Shown: positions 1 through 14,700 of the stretch, in pieces
Layout: every line of letters starts with the position of its first letter
How positions within the stretch are numbered: the first letter of the stretch is position 1
NCBI GenBank assembly: GCA_965287045.1
Contig: OZ336872.1
Coordinates: forward strand, 100,316,001 to 100,380,000
DNA: 64,000 bases
Direction of reading: 5' to 3'
From: Carcharhinus amblyrhynchos
Lineage: Eukaryota
Notes under the pieces: model-generated
Told to the model about the DNA's origin: nothing
What the model saw: the letters and a program-made list of their open reading frames with translations, nothing else
Databases searched by the model: none
Made by a program: the position numbers and the translations under genes

Positions 1-51
1 TCATCCAGGGCAGCTCAGAAGTACCACTACCAGGCTGACCGTCATAAAAAC

Positions 52-1600
52 TAGAACCAGGAGTAGGCATTTAACCCTTTGAGCCTGCTCCGCCATTCAC
101 CTTGGTCATGGCTGATAATCAAATTCAATATTCCTATCCCCCTTCTTCTCATATCTCTTGATCCCTTCAGCTGCAAGAGCTATATCAAATTTCTTCTTGA
201 AATCAGACAACATTTTGGCTTGTGATAGTGAATTCAGCACAGTTAACTGCCTTTGGATGAAGAAATTTCTCCTCGCCTCAGTTCTAAAAGGTTTACCCCT
301 TATCCCCAAACTATGTCCCCTAGTTCTGGGAACATTGGGAACATTCTTTCTGAATCTACCCTATCTAACCCTGTTAGGATTTTATAAGTTTCTCTGAGAT
401 CCCCTCTCACTCTTCTAAGCTCGTGGATATAATCCTAACCAATTTAGTCTCATGTGACAGACCTGGCATCCCAGGAATCAGCCTGGTAAAGCTTCCCAGT
501 AGTCCCACTATAGCAAGGAAATCCTTCCTCAGATACGGACACCAAAACTGCACACAATACTCCAGGTATAGCCTCACCAATGCCCGATACAATTGCAACA
601 AAACATCCCTATCCCTGCACACAAATCCCCTCACTATGAAGGCCAACATATCATTTGCCTTCCTCACTGTCTGCTGTACCTGCGCACTTACTTTTAGCAA
701 CTGATGCACAAGGACATCAAGGTCTCGCTGAGTATTCTCTTTCTCAATTTACACCCATTCTCTGTCTACCTATTATCGCTACCGAAGTCGATAACCTCAC
801 ATTTATCCATGTTATACTACATCTGCCATGCATTACACCCACACAATCAGCCTGTCCAAATCATGTTTAAGCATCTCTGCATCCTCCTCACAGCTCACCC
901 TCCCACCCAACTTTATATCATCTGCAAATTTGGAGATAATATATTCAGTTCCCTCTTCCAAATCACTGACGTATAATGTGAACAGTTAGGGTCCTAGCAT
1001 AAATCCCTGCAGAACCCCACTAGTCACTGACTGCCAATCAGAAAAAGACCCATTTATGCTGACTCTTTGCTTCCTGTGTGCTAATCAGCTCTCTCTCCAT
1101 CTCAAGACATTACCTCAATCCCATGTGCCCTAACCTTACAGAGTAGTCTGTTATGTAAGATACTGTCAAAAGCCTTAAACCACATCCACTGGTTGTCCTC
1201 GATTAACTCTACTAGTTACATCCTAAAAGAATTCCAATAGATTGGTCAAGTATGATTTCCCTTCTGTAAATCCATGCTGTTTTGTCTGAATATACTACTG
1301 CCTTTCAAATGCTGAGTTATTAAATTCTTGATAATGGAATCTAGCAACTTCCCCAGTAATGACATTAGGTTCACTGATCTATATATAGTTCCTAACTTTC
1401 TCCCTTCTTTTTGAATAGTGGACTTACATTAGCTATCCTCCAAACTATAGGAACTAGTTCAGAGTCCAAAAATTTTGGAAAATAACCACCAAGGATCTAT
1501 TGTTTCCAGGCCACTTCCTTAAGTACTCTGGGATGATGATTATCAGGACCTGGAGATTTATCCACCATCAATCCCATCAATTTCCCCAAAAATGGTTCTC
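52..1600 (-). mobile_element. CR1-type LINE 3' portion, decayed
   Basis: ORF 407-709 YRALVRLYLEYCVQFWCPY resembles the CR1 ORF2 C-terminus. Confidence 0.85.
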
Positions 1601-1715
1601 TACTAATGCTGATTTCATTCTGCTCCTCACTAAAACTTATCCTAAAGAACATGCCTTTTGGACTTGGTCTGCAGCAGGTGTTGAGAGAGACAAGAGGGAA
1701 AAATCTACTTAAAAC

Positions 1716-2001
1716 TTTTTTTTAATAGTGTCACAAGTAGGCTTGTATTAACACTGCAATGAAGTTACTATGAAAATCCCCTAGTCATCACACACCAGCA
1801 CCTGTTGGGTACACTGAGGGTGAATTTAGCACAGTCAATGCAACTACCAGCACGTCTTTTGAACTGTGGGAGGAAACTGAAGCACCCAGAAGAAAGCCAT
1901 GCAGACACAGGGAGAGCATGCAGTTTCCTCACAGTGGCCCAACCCGGGAATCAAACCCAGGTCCCTGGCGCTGTGAGGCAGCATTGCCAACCACTGTTGC
2001 C
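1716..2001 (-). mobile_element. tRNA-derived V-SINE with alternative (non-CR1) tail
   Basis: A/B-box head, V-core (tttcctcccacagt), tail ...cttgtgacactattaaa. Confidence 0.8.
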
Positions 2002-2984
2002 CTTGACCTTGTACACTCCAATCTATCTGTTGTAGATACATCAGTCCATTATAGTATTTAGTACAAGTGACCACTGCACTGTCCTTATGGAGGCCTAAAC
2101 TTGCTTGTATATTGAAAATTCCCTCCATCGTGTTATGTGGCATTCCCACAATGCTAAATGGAATTGATTTGAAACAGATCTACCATCTCAAAACTAGGCA
2201 CCCATGAGGCACTGTGTGCTATTAGCAGCATAAGAATTGTATATAACCACAATCTGTAATCTCTTAGCACAATATAATCCCCTTACTTCCATTAACATCA
2301 CGCCGAAGGTTCAACACTCATTCAATGAAGAATGCAGGAAGGCATGCCAGGAGCAGTACCAGGTATACAAATCAGCTCCGGTTGATTGGCTAAAAAGCAC
2401 TTGGCCTGGGAGAAGATCCAGGTGAACATGTTTTTTTGAATGCCATGTGCGTCTTGGGAGAAACCTGTGAAATATTGCTCCTTTCTCCACAACCACTCAC
2501 CACCGTCCCCCCACCTCCCCACTGTTAGCGCAGCGGGATGGAAGAATTGTGGCTAGTGTTTCACTAAGGATCCTTTGGAAAGGACTACCAGGCAACTGTT
2601 GTGACCAGTGCTCCATCATCACATGCAGGAACACCAAGTCAATAACATCAGGACTATTCAGAACCTGTATCTTTTTGTTCTCTTACATCACCCTCTGCAG
2701 AGATTTTATTTGTTGTGTACTTTATGTGTTGGAATTTTAGAAGGGAAAAATTGTTTCACTTCCAATTAGAAATTGTGTGTTAACTAGTTTTGCAACTTGT
2801 TCTAAAAAACAAATTTTGTTTCATAATAAATAAATAATTCTGTGTTTCCTGAAAGAAGCCTAATTAAACTATCATACATGCTAGGTCTAGCAGTGGCAAA
2901 GGGAAACAATTGGCCAGATTTGTAAATTATTTGAAAATTTGCACTTATGGTGTGAACTGTGGAGTCTTCCCATCCCAGTTGTAA

Positions 2985-3620
2985 TATTTGAATTGATTTA
3001 TTGTTACATGTATTGGGATGCAGTGAAAAATATTGTTTTTTTTGCAAGCTATACAGACAAAACATACTGTTCAAGGACTACATAAGGCTGAAGGGAAGAA
3101 CATGCAGAATATAGTGTTGCCATTCCCAAAAGGGTGAAGAGAAAGATCAGCTTAATATGTGATAGGACCATTCAAGACTGCTGGCAGCAAGGAAGAAGCT
3201 GTTGTTGAGTTGGATAGTACCTATTTTCAGACTTTCGCATTTTTCACAAGGTGGAAGACAGTATATCTGTGGTGCATGGGGTCCTTAATTATGCTGGCTG
3301 CTTTCCTGAGGCAGCGGGAAGCGCAGACAGAGTCAACAGATGGAAAGCTGGTTTACATGATGGACTGAGTTACATTCATAACTCTTTGTAGTTTTTTGCA
3401 GTCTTGGTCAGAGCAAAGCAATGTCAAGCTGTGATGCATCCAGAAAGGATGCTTTCTACTGTGCATCTGTAAAAATTGTTGAAAGTTGTCGACATACAGA
3501 ATTTCTTTAATCTTCTAAGGTGAATTTTCTTGGAGTGTCTGTGTGGAATGATCAGGTTGTTGGCAATCTGAGCAGCTAGAAACTTCTGACCATCTCCACT
3601 TCACCACCATTCATGAGCCA
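2985..3620 (-). mobile_element. Rex/L2-like LINE 3' fragment
   Basis: Reverse-strand homologue of 27925-28368. Confidence 0.65.
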
Positions 3621-3894
3621 GTCCAAAACCATTGCATTACCTTGTGCATCATTGTGGATGGAATTTAATCTAGCCTATTGTGGATACCATGGCAACCAAG
3701 CCAACCTACTCATGGGAAGCCTCTGCATCAGTCCCCCCGCAGTGGAAAAAAATGCATCAATGGCACTGGAAGCCAGAAGAGATTGATGTGAGATTCCTAA
3801 ATGCCAAAAGTGGGATGTCCATTAGGCTCATTAATGAGCCAATTAACACCTAAACCTACTACAATTCAATGGTGGTTCAGAGATAAATAGACAT

Positions 3895-5040
3895 CACATG
3901 GTTAAAAGTCCATGGTATCCAAGAGAGTGGTAAATTGGATTCAAAAATGGCTTGGTGACAAAAAGCAAAAGATAAATGTAGACAAATGTTTCAGAGATTG
4001 AAATGCTGTTACCAGTGGGGTTCTGTAGGGTTCAATGCCAGGTCTCTTGCTTTTAGTTATGTATAGCAACGACAAACTCAAATGTAGAGCTCTGGATTAA
4101 GAAGTTTACACATGACAAAATAGCTGGTGTGATTGAACGTGAAGAAAGCTGTTGGGTATGGGAAAATATTTTATGGGTCACTTAAATGGGCAAAAAAGTG
4201 GCAAATGGAATTCAATTAAGTGAATGTAAGGGAGGGTAAAGACTAGAGAATACACAATATACAATAGGGTACTGGGAAGTGTAGAGGAACCATAAGAGTG
4301 CTTGTAAAGAGATCCCTTAAGATAGCAGGAAAGATAGATCAGGTGATTGAGAAAGGCATGCGTACTTTCTCTTAGAAAGGCAGGGAGGTTATACTTGAAC
4401 TGTTTAAAATACCAGGTAGGTCACAGTTAGATTACTATGCGTAGTTCTGGCACATTACAGGAAGGGAATGATTGCCATTGGGAGAGTACAGAGAAGATTT
4501 ACAAGTACGTTGCCAGTCATAGAATTTTAGTTGGGAGAAAAGACTCAATAGGATGGGGTTGTTTTCTTAAGCTAAGAAAACAGTTGGGGGAAGATTTAAT
4601 TTGAGATTACAAAACTATCAAGAGCCTAGATACAGTATTTAAGACATGTCACCCAGAGCAGAATCTTTTCCAAACAACACTGTTTATACCTATACCAGAT
4701 GAACTGCAGCAGTTCAAAAAGGCAGTTCATTACCATCTTCTCAAGGGCAATTAGCAGTAAACTACTTCTGGCAACATGCACATCCCATGAAAAAATACAT
4801 TTTAAAAATAACTAATAATTAGCAAAGAGATTAGAGGAAAGTGGAAAACCATTTTCACCAAATGATAGTAGAGGGTCTGAAAGGAAAAGATAGTTGAAAA
4901 CATCATCACATTTAAAAATACTTAAATTCTAAGTGTAATAATCCATTGACCAAGAGATGAAAGTATGAATAGAACACTGGAGGGCTCTCAGTCAGCAGAC
5001 ATACTAGGTCACCTTCTGCTATAAATTTTCTATTTTCTAT
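3895..5040 (+). mobile_element. CR1-type LINE 3' fragment, decayed
   Basis: Degenerate RT C-terminal motifs and a ttctat-type tail. Confidence 0.7.
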
Positions 5041-8000
5041 TTGGTCTTAAAATAGGGAAAGCATGCAAAATTTGAGAATCAGGCCAAGAGTTTAAGTCAG
5101 CTCCTTGGATCTTTAACAGTACTCAAACCACAAGAGGATGTCAGCACTAGCACTCCGGCTATCTTCAGAAAACTGGGGCATCAAGCTTAGGCCTTCATCT
5201 CCTTATTCATCATCGCCAGCCTGTCCAGTGGGATATTTGCTTGATTTTTGCTTCTTATAGACATGGTATCATATAGCATGCTCTCTGTAACCAAATCACC
5301 AACAAGCAGCATCAACTACTCAGCTCCCCAAACAATTGTCAGTAGTAAAATTACAAGATTTCACAGCCCTCTAAGAGACTACAAGTTGGATTACACAGAA
5401 AATGTATCAAACAATTCAAAATTGTTGGTCTGCAAGGGGAAGACATTTTCTCCTCGGATGGTCAAAATGATGCCTTGAGATATTTAAATCCTGGTCATTC
5501 CAGGGCAATCTTGAAGTGTTAGCAACAACAGTAGAAGTGGAAAGCAGAATTGAATCACAGCTGACTTGGATTGGTTTCATGTTAAATCTCAAATGATAGC
5601 TATAAAGTTCAGAATGAAGCACAGGCATTCCTGGAGCTGAAAACAAAAATCCTGGAGTTGAAGCTTAAGGCAATACATCAGTTCTGCACAACATACAATG
5701 GGGATGAATTTATATTTATACAATTTTCTGGCAACCAGGAGAATCACGGCAGAAATTCAAGCCCATAGAATGCTTTGTGAATGACCAATCATTAAGTTCT
5801 GAGTTATGCCCTCCCCCTCATTTCAAAATGTGTTCATTTGATCCCTTAACCTACTTTCTGTTACACTGCAATGACACTGCTGCCTGTGAGGTGAATTACA
5901 TTGTCTGACGAAACCTCTTCACTCATTCAAGGCAGCTGATAACTGACCAGGATAGATGAGAAAAATCTTTGTTATAGAGGCCTAGGCACTTGAAAGGGAG
6001 AAATTCAAACAGAAAGAGACAGATTCATGAAGTATTCATTTTAACATGTCTCTCAAATTATAAGCCTTACTTACTATCTTATTCTCAGGAAGTTGGTATT
6101 TTGACTGACTTAACTGGATCCCATTTCGTAATTGTTTCATTGATAGCTGTGCCAATTTTCACTTGGCGGGATTCATACCTTCATTTGTTCAAATTTAATT
6201 CAAAGAACAACCAAATAGGTGCCAAGATGCCATTATTTGCATGTGTAAGGAACTGAAAGAAATTGGGACAAGAAACTTATTTAAATGCAAGGGATGGAAA
6301 AAGTAGCGGATAAGATTAAAAGTGAAATTAGCAGAGATTTCCCTAAACTTGTAATTTTATTTTGATATTAAGATTTGTTTCTGTATCAATGGAAAAGTTT
6401 ACAAGATTGATTTTGGGCAACAATAATTCCCTGATGATGCTAGCAGTTAAGAGCAGAAATCACAGATCTTGCATTTCAATATACCTTAAATACCTGCAGT
6501 TTTTAAATGAAAAGTCATAAGTGATTTAATGCTATGCTTTATTGAGGCTCAACAATAAACAGAATCTGTAGATAGGAACTATGCATGCAATAAATTGAAT
6601 TGCTAAAAAAATAATTTACAGCAGTACCTATGTATATATATTTATATTCTAACTTAAGTCACTTCAGTGATTTGCATGTTTACCAAGACTTATTACCAGC
6701 AAAAGTGTGAAAAGGAAATTAAATTGATACATTTTTCACGAGCATTTCAAAAATACTCATTTTCTTGTTTTATGCCTACCATGGTTCTTGAAAAGGAGGC
6801 AGTTTGCTCCATTTCATAATTTAAATAGAGTTTACAGAATTAAGTCATCGGTCAGTAGTTTTAAAACGGCAAGGTTCATATATTTCAGGTCATCTCAACT
6901 TTTGTAACATGCAGCTTGAAAAGAAAATTCTCTCACTTTGTGACACATATATATATGTATATAATGCAAACAAGGGGCTTAATTTTACCAGAAAACAAAT
7001 GTATATATGCAGTACTAACATATGCGATTTAGGCATTTATTTATCTTTATATAAAGGAAAACTACCTACCAAAAATTTCATCAAAGGCCTTTTTGGCTGA
7101 ATAACAACTTTTTCAGCAATCATGATTTTCCAAATAAAAATGTATTAAACTGCTGCATCTGGCTGGAACCCCAATTCTAAAGTGGCAGTCCCACAATGTA
7201 GTAAACTGATTGTTCAGGCATCAGGTACTGACATTTAATTAATAGTATACAGCTCCTTCATGTAGCTACAAACTGAAGATAGCAAGAAAATACCTTTCAA
7301 ATGAAAATTAAGTCTTTGGTTCGAGCTGCCCTTTATCAACCTGCTCAAGTGCTTGAAGCAATCTGGTCATCCAATCTATCTAGAGTCTGCATCGTCACTG
7401 GAATTTTTGTTTCCTTCATTCATAAACTTTACTGTATTTTGTATTTAAAATTTCAATGCATGTTAATGAAGATGTTAATTTCTGTATGTGCGAATACAAT
7501 TTGGATCATACAAACATTAAAGTAGCTGAACTGAGTTATTTATCCCTGCAAAAACTGATGACTAATTAAATGAGATTATTAAAAAAAGATTAAAAATGAA
7601 ATCGCCAGACTAGATTTTCATGAATGCTTCTGCAGTAAGCTCAAAACAGAAAGCCAGAATGTTGTACCATTGACAAAGTTACTTCTGCATGGAATTTTCA
7701 GAACTTGTGGTCTGTCTTATCAATTTATTAATTTGACAAAGTTTACAATTATAATTTACATTTTCTGAACACGTGGGATATAGAGGTTATCAAATTAAGG
7801 CAACAAATAACAATAACCATACATATTGTGTTGATAAACTGATATCTCGTTAAGTACCAAAGTGAAAATATTTCACAATGAAATTATGGTAGTCAGTTAA
7901 TAAAATAGATATACAAAATTATCAAATGATACATTAAAAATGCTGCCTTTGGAAACCCCTAGTCCTCTTATCCTTGAAATAAAATTTTGGTTCACACACA

Positions 8001-8676
8001 AATTAGGAAATATGTACAGTTTACAGTTGCCTGTTAATATCCATCCAAAACCATGTATATGATCAGGATTTTTGGCAAAAATAAAATCCTTTGATGAAAG
8101 GTCTATAGGCCATGAAACCACAGTTGCGTTCCTGCTAACCATTTCATACAATAGTTTCCAAGATTATTGTGATAAACAGAGCCAAACTGCTGGTAAATTT
8201 GTTCACTTAGAACAACGCAATTACAAAGTATCAAGAAACTTGAATACATCGAAACTTGTCAATACAGTTCAATACAACCCACCCATTTGGCAAAATGTTT
8301 GTAACAGATCGGTTAAAAAAATTGGTCACATCAATAATTGAGCTTTACAATGAGATACTGGCAATGGCTTAGTAAATGTACTGTAAATGAACTGTGTCCT
8401 ACAATACACCAGACAAACTGAACTCTAAAGGACATCAAAATACATTGGCAAAAGCTTTACAATTTTACCAGGACAATCTGATGCTGAATCCATTAACCCG
8501 TACATATCCTTAGCCCATTAAATACGTCCTTACCAAATACTGAATTACACACTAGGCTTCCAGGGCTGAGGGAAAGAGAGGAGAATGACAAGAAAAGGTG
8601 CAAGTAGCAGCTTCAGTCACACTTCCACTGTACTGTTAATATTGGGAATGTTTCCACAGAAAAAAAATTGTTGCAT

Positions 8677-8778
8677 TCACTCCCATTCCGTGGTTCCAGG
8701 TGGCTTTGAGGTCAAGTCATACATAACACGGGAAATTCCAGGTATCTTCTTGATTTCTCTCACCATTTTTAAAACAAC
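8677..8778 (-). CDS. GMPS: GMPS exon 16 (VVLKMV...[14 protein letters not shown])
   Basis: 102 coding nt ending in TGA. Confidence 0.96.
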   Translation of the reverse strand, partial: VVLKMVREIKKIPGISRVMYDLTSKPPGTTEWE

Positions 8779-11700
8779 CTGGACGTGACAAGAATAAATT
8801 AATATTTACTATTTTAATGTGCATTTAAAATTATTTGTCAGGACATCAGCTGAAGTGTTTAACTACAGTAGAATGGGTGAGGGAAAGGCAACTAGTGAAT
8901 CAGTATTCCGATGGCACTTAACCATTGGAAACATCATGGCTGTGGGTATTGGGAACAAAGACAATCATGCTCGGTTGTGATGTCCTGCATGAATGAATAG
9001 TCTTCTGATACACACTGTCCAGAGTCACACTTGAAGAATGGTCATTTTAGCAGGGAACAAATGCAGAGTTTTACCCCAGTAGTCTGAAACTTAAGGCAAG
9101 ATAAAACTAGAAAGTAAAATACACTCGTTGCATATACTTGCAATCCACAATAGTTACAATACCAAGCCAATCACAGAAATTATTTACATTCAATAATACA
9201 TTTCTGCATCAATGCTAGGAAATATCCCCAAAATTGTTGGGGAAAAACTGCCACATTTTCTAAGTAGTACAAAATTCAAATCTCACCTCCTCAGGAATGT
9301 GACTGCCAGGAGTTGCTGGGATGCCAGTCATGAAATCACTTGTAATGAAGGTTCGAATGACCACTGATCTCTGGCAAGATGGCTGCTTCTGGAGTGGGTC
9401 ACGGTCAAAATGCAATGGTATTAAAATAACTGGCATCTGACTAATTTTCCCAGCGCAATCTAGAAGGAAACACACACCACCATTTAGTTAAGAATGTTAA
9501 TGCAGAGCTGGAACTGTAGCTATGCTTCAGTCAAATAATCATGGATTGTGGGAATTTTTACCTTCGGCTTGGAAACAGAATCCCAAATAATTTTGAAAAT
9601 ATTGTTATCTGCAACAATCTAAGAATATCCGAATAGAAAAAAAAGGCAATTCTGTGGCACAGTAGGTAAATAAACTAATGTGCTGCAGCGGAGGATGGAA
9701 CTGTGTTTCTAATAGGAAAGCTCACTTCGAACAAGTCTGAGTTAAAGACAGTTTCTTCACTTCAGGCTATTAATAAAAGTTTCCAAGAGAACTATCCCAT
9801 GCCAATCTCAATTGTCTGCCACAAATCAAGCACAGGTAGTGCCATAGGTCTGGAAGCAGCTATTTCTTGAACATCTCACCAACACATGAAATGAAAGGGA
9901 GTGGGGAAGAATGTTTTTATTGCAACACGACATTTCAGAAAATCAGAACTCTAATTTATCAGATCGAGTAGAAACACCTAGCAAGATTTTAACCAATTTA
10001 TGAATTTCTCAAGAAAGCTTAACTGTACTCCTACCAGATTCTCTAAGAATGTTGTGTGCCTCAAAGTCAGCCTGCCGGAGTGTGCTAAGCACTCCTGTTG
10101 TTAGAAAAGTCGGTGTTACGTCTGTTATGGGTTCTCGGATTTGCGGTCCAAAAATATACACAACTCTGAAACACAAACATTTCTATTAATACAGAACAAA
10201 TTTGCAATAGTTTGCCACAGTAAAAAGTCTGTTAATGTCATACATCACCAAAATAGTATCATGTAAAATCCTCTTCGTATTTACTCTTAGATATTAAAAA
10301 TAGAAACAAACAAACCTGTTAATATTATGACACATTCGTGGAATAAGTCTGGCTAGGAATATGAGGGAATCCCAGTGTGGTGGATCCTTACTAGTTAAGC
10401 CACAGACATAACTATACGACCTACAGTCACCCTTCAAGACAAAAGATAAAATTTTCAGAAAAGTAAAGCAAATTTTATTCCTAAAATACATTTTTGATTT
10501 TATTGGGGAATATACACTATCCTACAATTAAATATATCTTGAGCATAAAAAGTACAATGGTTCATTTTTCCTGAAAATATAGAAATTAATGATGACCAAA
10601 ATCTAGACAAGTGGATATTGATCTCTAATTGATCATGGCAAAATTAAATGGGTGATATTGTCAAATTCAATAAAATATATCCTCACACATAAATAGAATT
10701 ACAGGCAGAGTAACAGCAACAAGTGGGGGTATATTAATTGTGGAAAGAAATTGTGGTTTTCCAATACTTTGACATATTTTAAAAATAATGTACAGTAAAA
10801 TGCAAAGTGCATTAGATTGAATAATTTACATACATGACTTTCCACTTCTAGACAAAATGGTCTTATTTTGACAATTTAATTTTATCCAAACATCATTTAA
10901 AAACAAGTTTAACACTTTCTGGAATGATTTCCCATTACTTCTAGTGTATTACTGACCTGTACTCCAACAGTTTTAATTGGCATCAGAAAAGCTGTGAGTG
11001 AATGCAGGCTTGTAATTTGCATCAATTTTTCTTGTTCCTCATCACTAGTACAGGACCTGACCCTCTGTAGTAAAGTGTGTGGCTGTACAAAAACATAATA
11101 CCATGAGTGTCAAGACTTTTAGAGTCATATTTTTCTGTAAACAATTTTGTTGAAAACATGCTTTAATGCTTCAATATACCATTAACACATTGTAAGAGCA
11201 CTTAAGTAATCTTATATCAGGACTAGTAAAAGAAAATGTACTTCTTTGAATTATAGAATTCTATAGCACAGGTGTCCATTCAGAAACAATCAAACTTGGT
11301 CTGCATCTGTTTTTTTGTCCGTAATCGTGAAAGATTGTCAGCCTGAACAACTTCCTACTAAAGTTACTTTTGTGGAACCAGTTTCATCTTTTCAGGTAGA
11401 ATATTTCAGAACCTGACCACTCTCAGTGAAAATATTTCTTTATCACCTCCCTTATAAATTTTTCACCAACTATTTTTACCCCATGGCCTTGAATTAGTGA
11501 TCCACTCACCAGAGAGAACAATTTTTCCTCTATCTACCAAAATTTATCTTGAAAACCTCCAATTGATTTCTTATTTCTCCTAGCAACAGATCAGGTTAAC
11601 AGCCTAACTTTCTCTATCCTTCATAAATGAAGTTCTTCATCCCTCGATATGTCCTTATAAACTCATCTGCATCCTTTCCAAGGCTTTTAACATCTTCCTT

Positions 11701-14700
11701 GAAGTACGTTGCCCAGAACTGTCCACAATACTCCAACTGAGAACTAGCCATTCAAACATTATATCTCTGTTTATATATACTCAAGGTACCCACATGCCTT
11801 TTTAAACACCTTATCAATTTGTGCTGCCACATTCAAGGAATTGTGCACCTTGAACCAAAGTCCTTTGGTCATCCACATTTTTATGAACTTGTACCAATTA
11901 TTGTATATCATCTGTTAACATTACTCCTCGCAAAGTGCATCAAATTTAGCAAAACTGTAATGGGCTGAGACTTCTAAATGTTTATGTGATATTACCATCC
12001 ATATCAGCATTAATAATGACAGCTTTTGAAATGGAGTCCTTTGACTCAACAAGACCATAAAGACATTTCTTTAAGATCATCAGAATTTTATATTGTTGAT
12101 TTGACAATTTATGTCATAATTGCAAATAGTATACATCATGTTTTTCTTTGGGTTGCCGATTTTGGGCCTCAACTTACATCACAATTATTGTGCAACTGTA
12201 ATCTGTTTCTCACGCTATGAAATTATGATTACAGCATATGAACACCATTTAATAATTTCTGGGGACTCTTGTACTGTGCCACAGAGACCCTCGCTTAAAA
12301 ATAAAAATCACCAAGCTTCCAACCCCAGCCTTTTGCTCCCTCATTAAGTCAACTGAGAGTTTGAAGTCACTGAATTAACAACACTATAATTGGTACCACC
12401 ATTTAAACAATTGCAAAATGGCACTGAAAGACTTAGAATCAGTATTCAGGTACTCAGCAGGTTTTGATACCGTTTAGGTGAGGTTCCCACCAAATAAAAT
12501 TGTATAGTTTAAAAAATTGGAGAGTTATAATTTGGAACAATCTTATTATTTTATGGTCATGAGTCTGCACTGATATCTTTAGCATTCAAGGAAATAACAG
12601 CTTCAGTTTTTGTCTATCAAACCAGCCTTGCTTTAATCTTGAAGCTTTGTTTAAACTAAAACAACAAGCTAATTACTGACACGACTATCAGAGATGAAAT
12701 TAACCATATGTCAGGATGTGCAACATCATTAAGCAATCTTTGCAGACTGATGTTCTTTCACACTGTTTCAAATATAAACAATGCAAAATAGTTAAAGTAT
12801 AAACCCCTAATTCCATTTACACTAATCAATTTTTAAAATATATAAAAGGGAAACCTTCATCATATAAATCACTTTTATCAGAGCATTAAGTGTCATGGTT
12901 CATTCTGCTTTAAGCACGTCTGTGCATAGGATATTAACTCCTCAGTTAGCTGCTGTGCTCACTGTGGCACATCCCAATCCATTTTACGGCAAATTATGGT
13001 GCAAATCTGTCACAGGGGGATCTTGGCAGGGTTGGCACAAAGATTTAAGTACAGTGTTTGCTGTCATCATCACATTTGCAGCAATTTTTTTACTTTTACA
13101 AGTTAGGACAGAGTGAATCATCACCTTCACGAGGTAATCAAAGGTTTTATGGTTTATAAAGATGAGAATCATTTATTGAGCAATACTGTTTCTTATTACT
13201 TATAGTGCTCTTGTTAAAAAACTAAAACGTCAAACGCTGTCTGAATTCATGAATGAAACTTCCATTAATAAGACTGGTGAGTAAAAAAGCAGCAGGAAAT
13301 ATCCACCATAAACTTACCTTTTTTACACTTGCAGAGAAATCAGCTACTATTTTCAGAATGTTGTTTGTTTCTGCAAAGTCTTTGCAAATATATGGCTCAT
13401 CAGCGCAGATTATTCTAATGGCAAGGCCAGGGCCTTTAAAAGAAAATTCAATATAAACCAGAAATTAATTATGTAACTAAATAATGGAATAACTTTGAAT
13501 TCAGTAAAGGTAAGATTGTCTATTCAGTTTACCTGGGAATGGGTGCCTCAAAACAATATCTTCAGGAAGACCCAGCTCTCTGCCTAATGCCCTCACTTCA
13601 TCCTTGTGGAAGTCTTTTAGTGGCTCAATCACTTTACCCTGCAGAACCAAACATAGAGTCATATATGTATTTAGCCTTAACGACAAAATATACTTCCTAT
13701 CTGAAGAATTATGAAATTAAACAAATTTTAATTTCATGAAAAACTGCAAGGAAATGCATGTGCATGGCTGCTCACAGTTTCTCTTACTAACAGACAGAAT
13801 ACTGCTTACTAAAAGACCAAATGAAGCTACAGCATATACTCATACCTGTGAAGTAACTTGTTAGAGAAACGCTGAAAAAATATTAGAATATCAATTATAT
13901 AAACTTTGGTCAAATGTCTCCAATCATATATGGATCATACTAAATAAAGTTGCAGTGATTATCTTACTAAACAAAACTAATAAAATTCATCACTGACCTC
14001 TTCTCTCAATTTTCTGATCAGTTCAGTGTCGTTATGATGAGTTTTGATGACATCTGCTTTCCCACTTGCCTCTCTTGAAGCACTTTCAATTAAATCTGGC
14101 CTCAATGTACCTTGAGCAAGATACACTTCCTCAGGCTTTAAATTCATTTCCCCAATTACCTCATTTGCAATCTAGAATAAGGAGAATCAAGAGAAAAATT
14201 TGGGCCTTTCATTTTTCACAGCTCAAGAAAGATGCTCAAGTAAAACATTTTGAGTACTGTACCACAAGATAAAATTATTATGGGTAATGCCACAAAGTTA
14301 ACTTAAAAAAATACCTTCACAAATGTATCCCCTATTATTTTTCTTTTCTCTTCTGGATTTGTTGTCATATTTAGGGTCTTACTTATTCTTTTTCGAGGAG
14401 TCCTGTCTTCTTCTGAAATTGGTAGAGTTGTTGTACCATTGTAAAATGCATGTGCAGCATTAACCACTGAAAATATTAAAAGGAATTTGCTGTCATAATT
14501 TACAAAAGTAAAGAATTAAATTCTAGTCTTCAAATACAACTTGAAGATGAATACCACAATGGTTAAAACTGTAGGGTATGTAGTTATGCATATAGACAGA
14601 ACAATCTGCTCTAAATAGGTTTGTATCAGTCTTATGCTTCTTGTATTGGCAAGAACTTTATTAACAGCAAGTCAACCAAATAACAATTCAGGATACCAGG

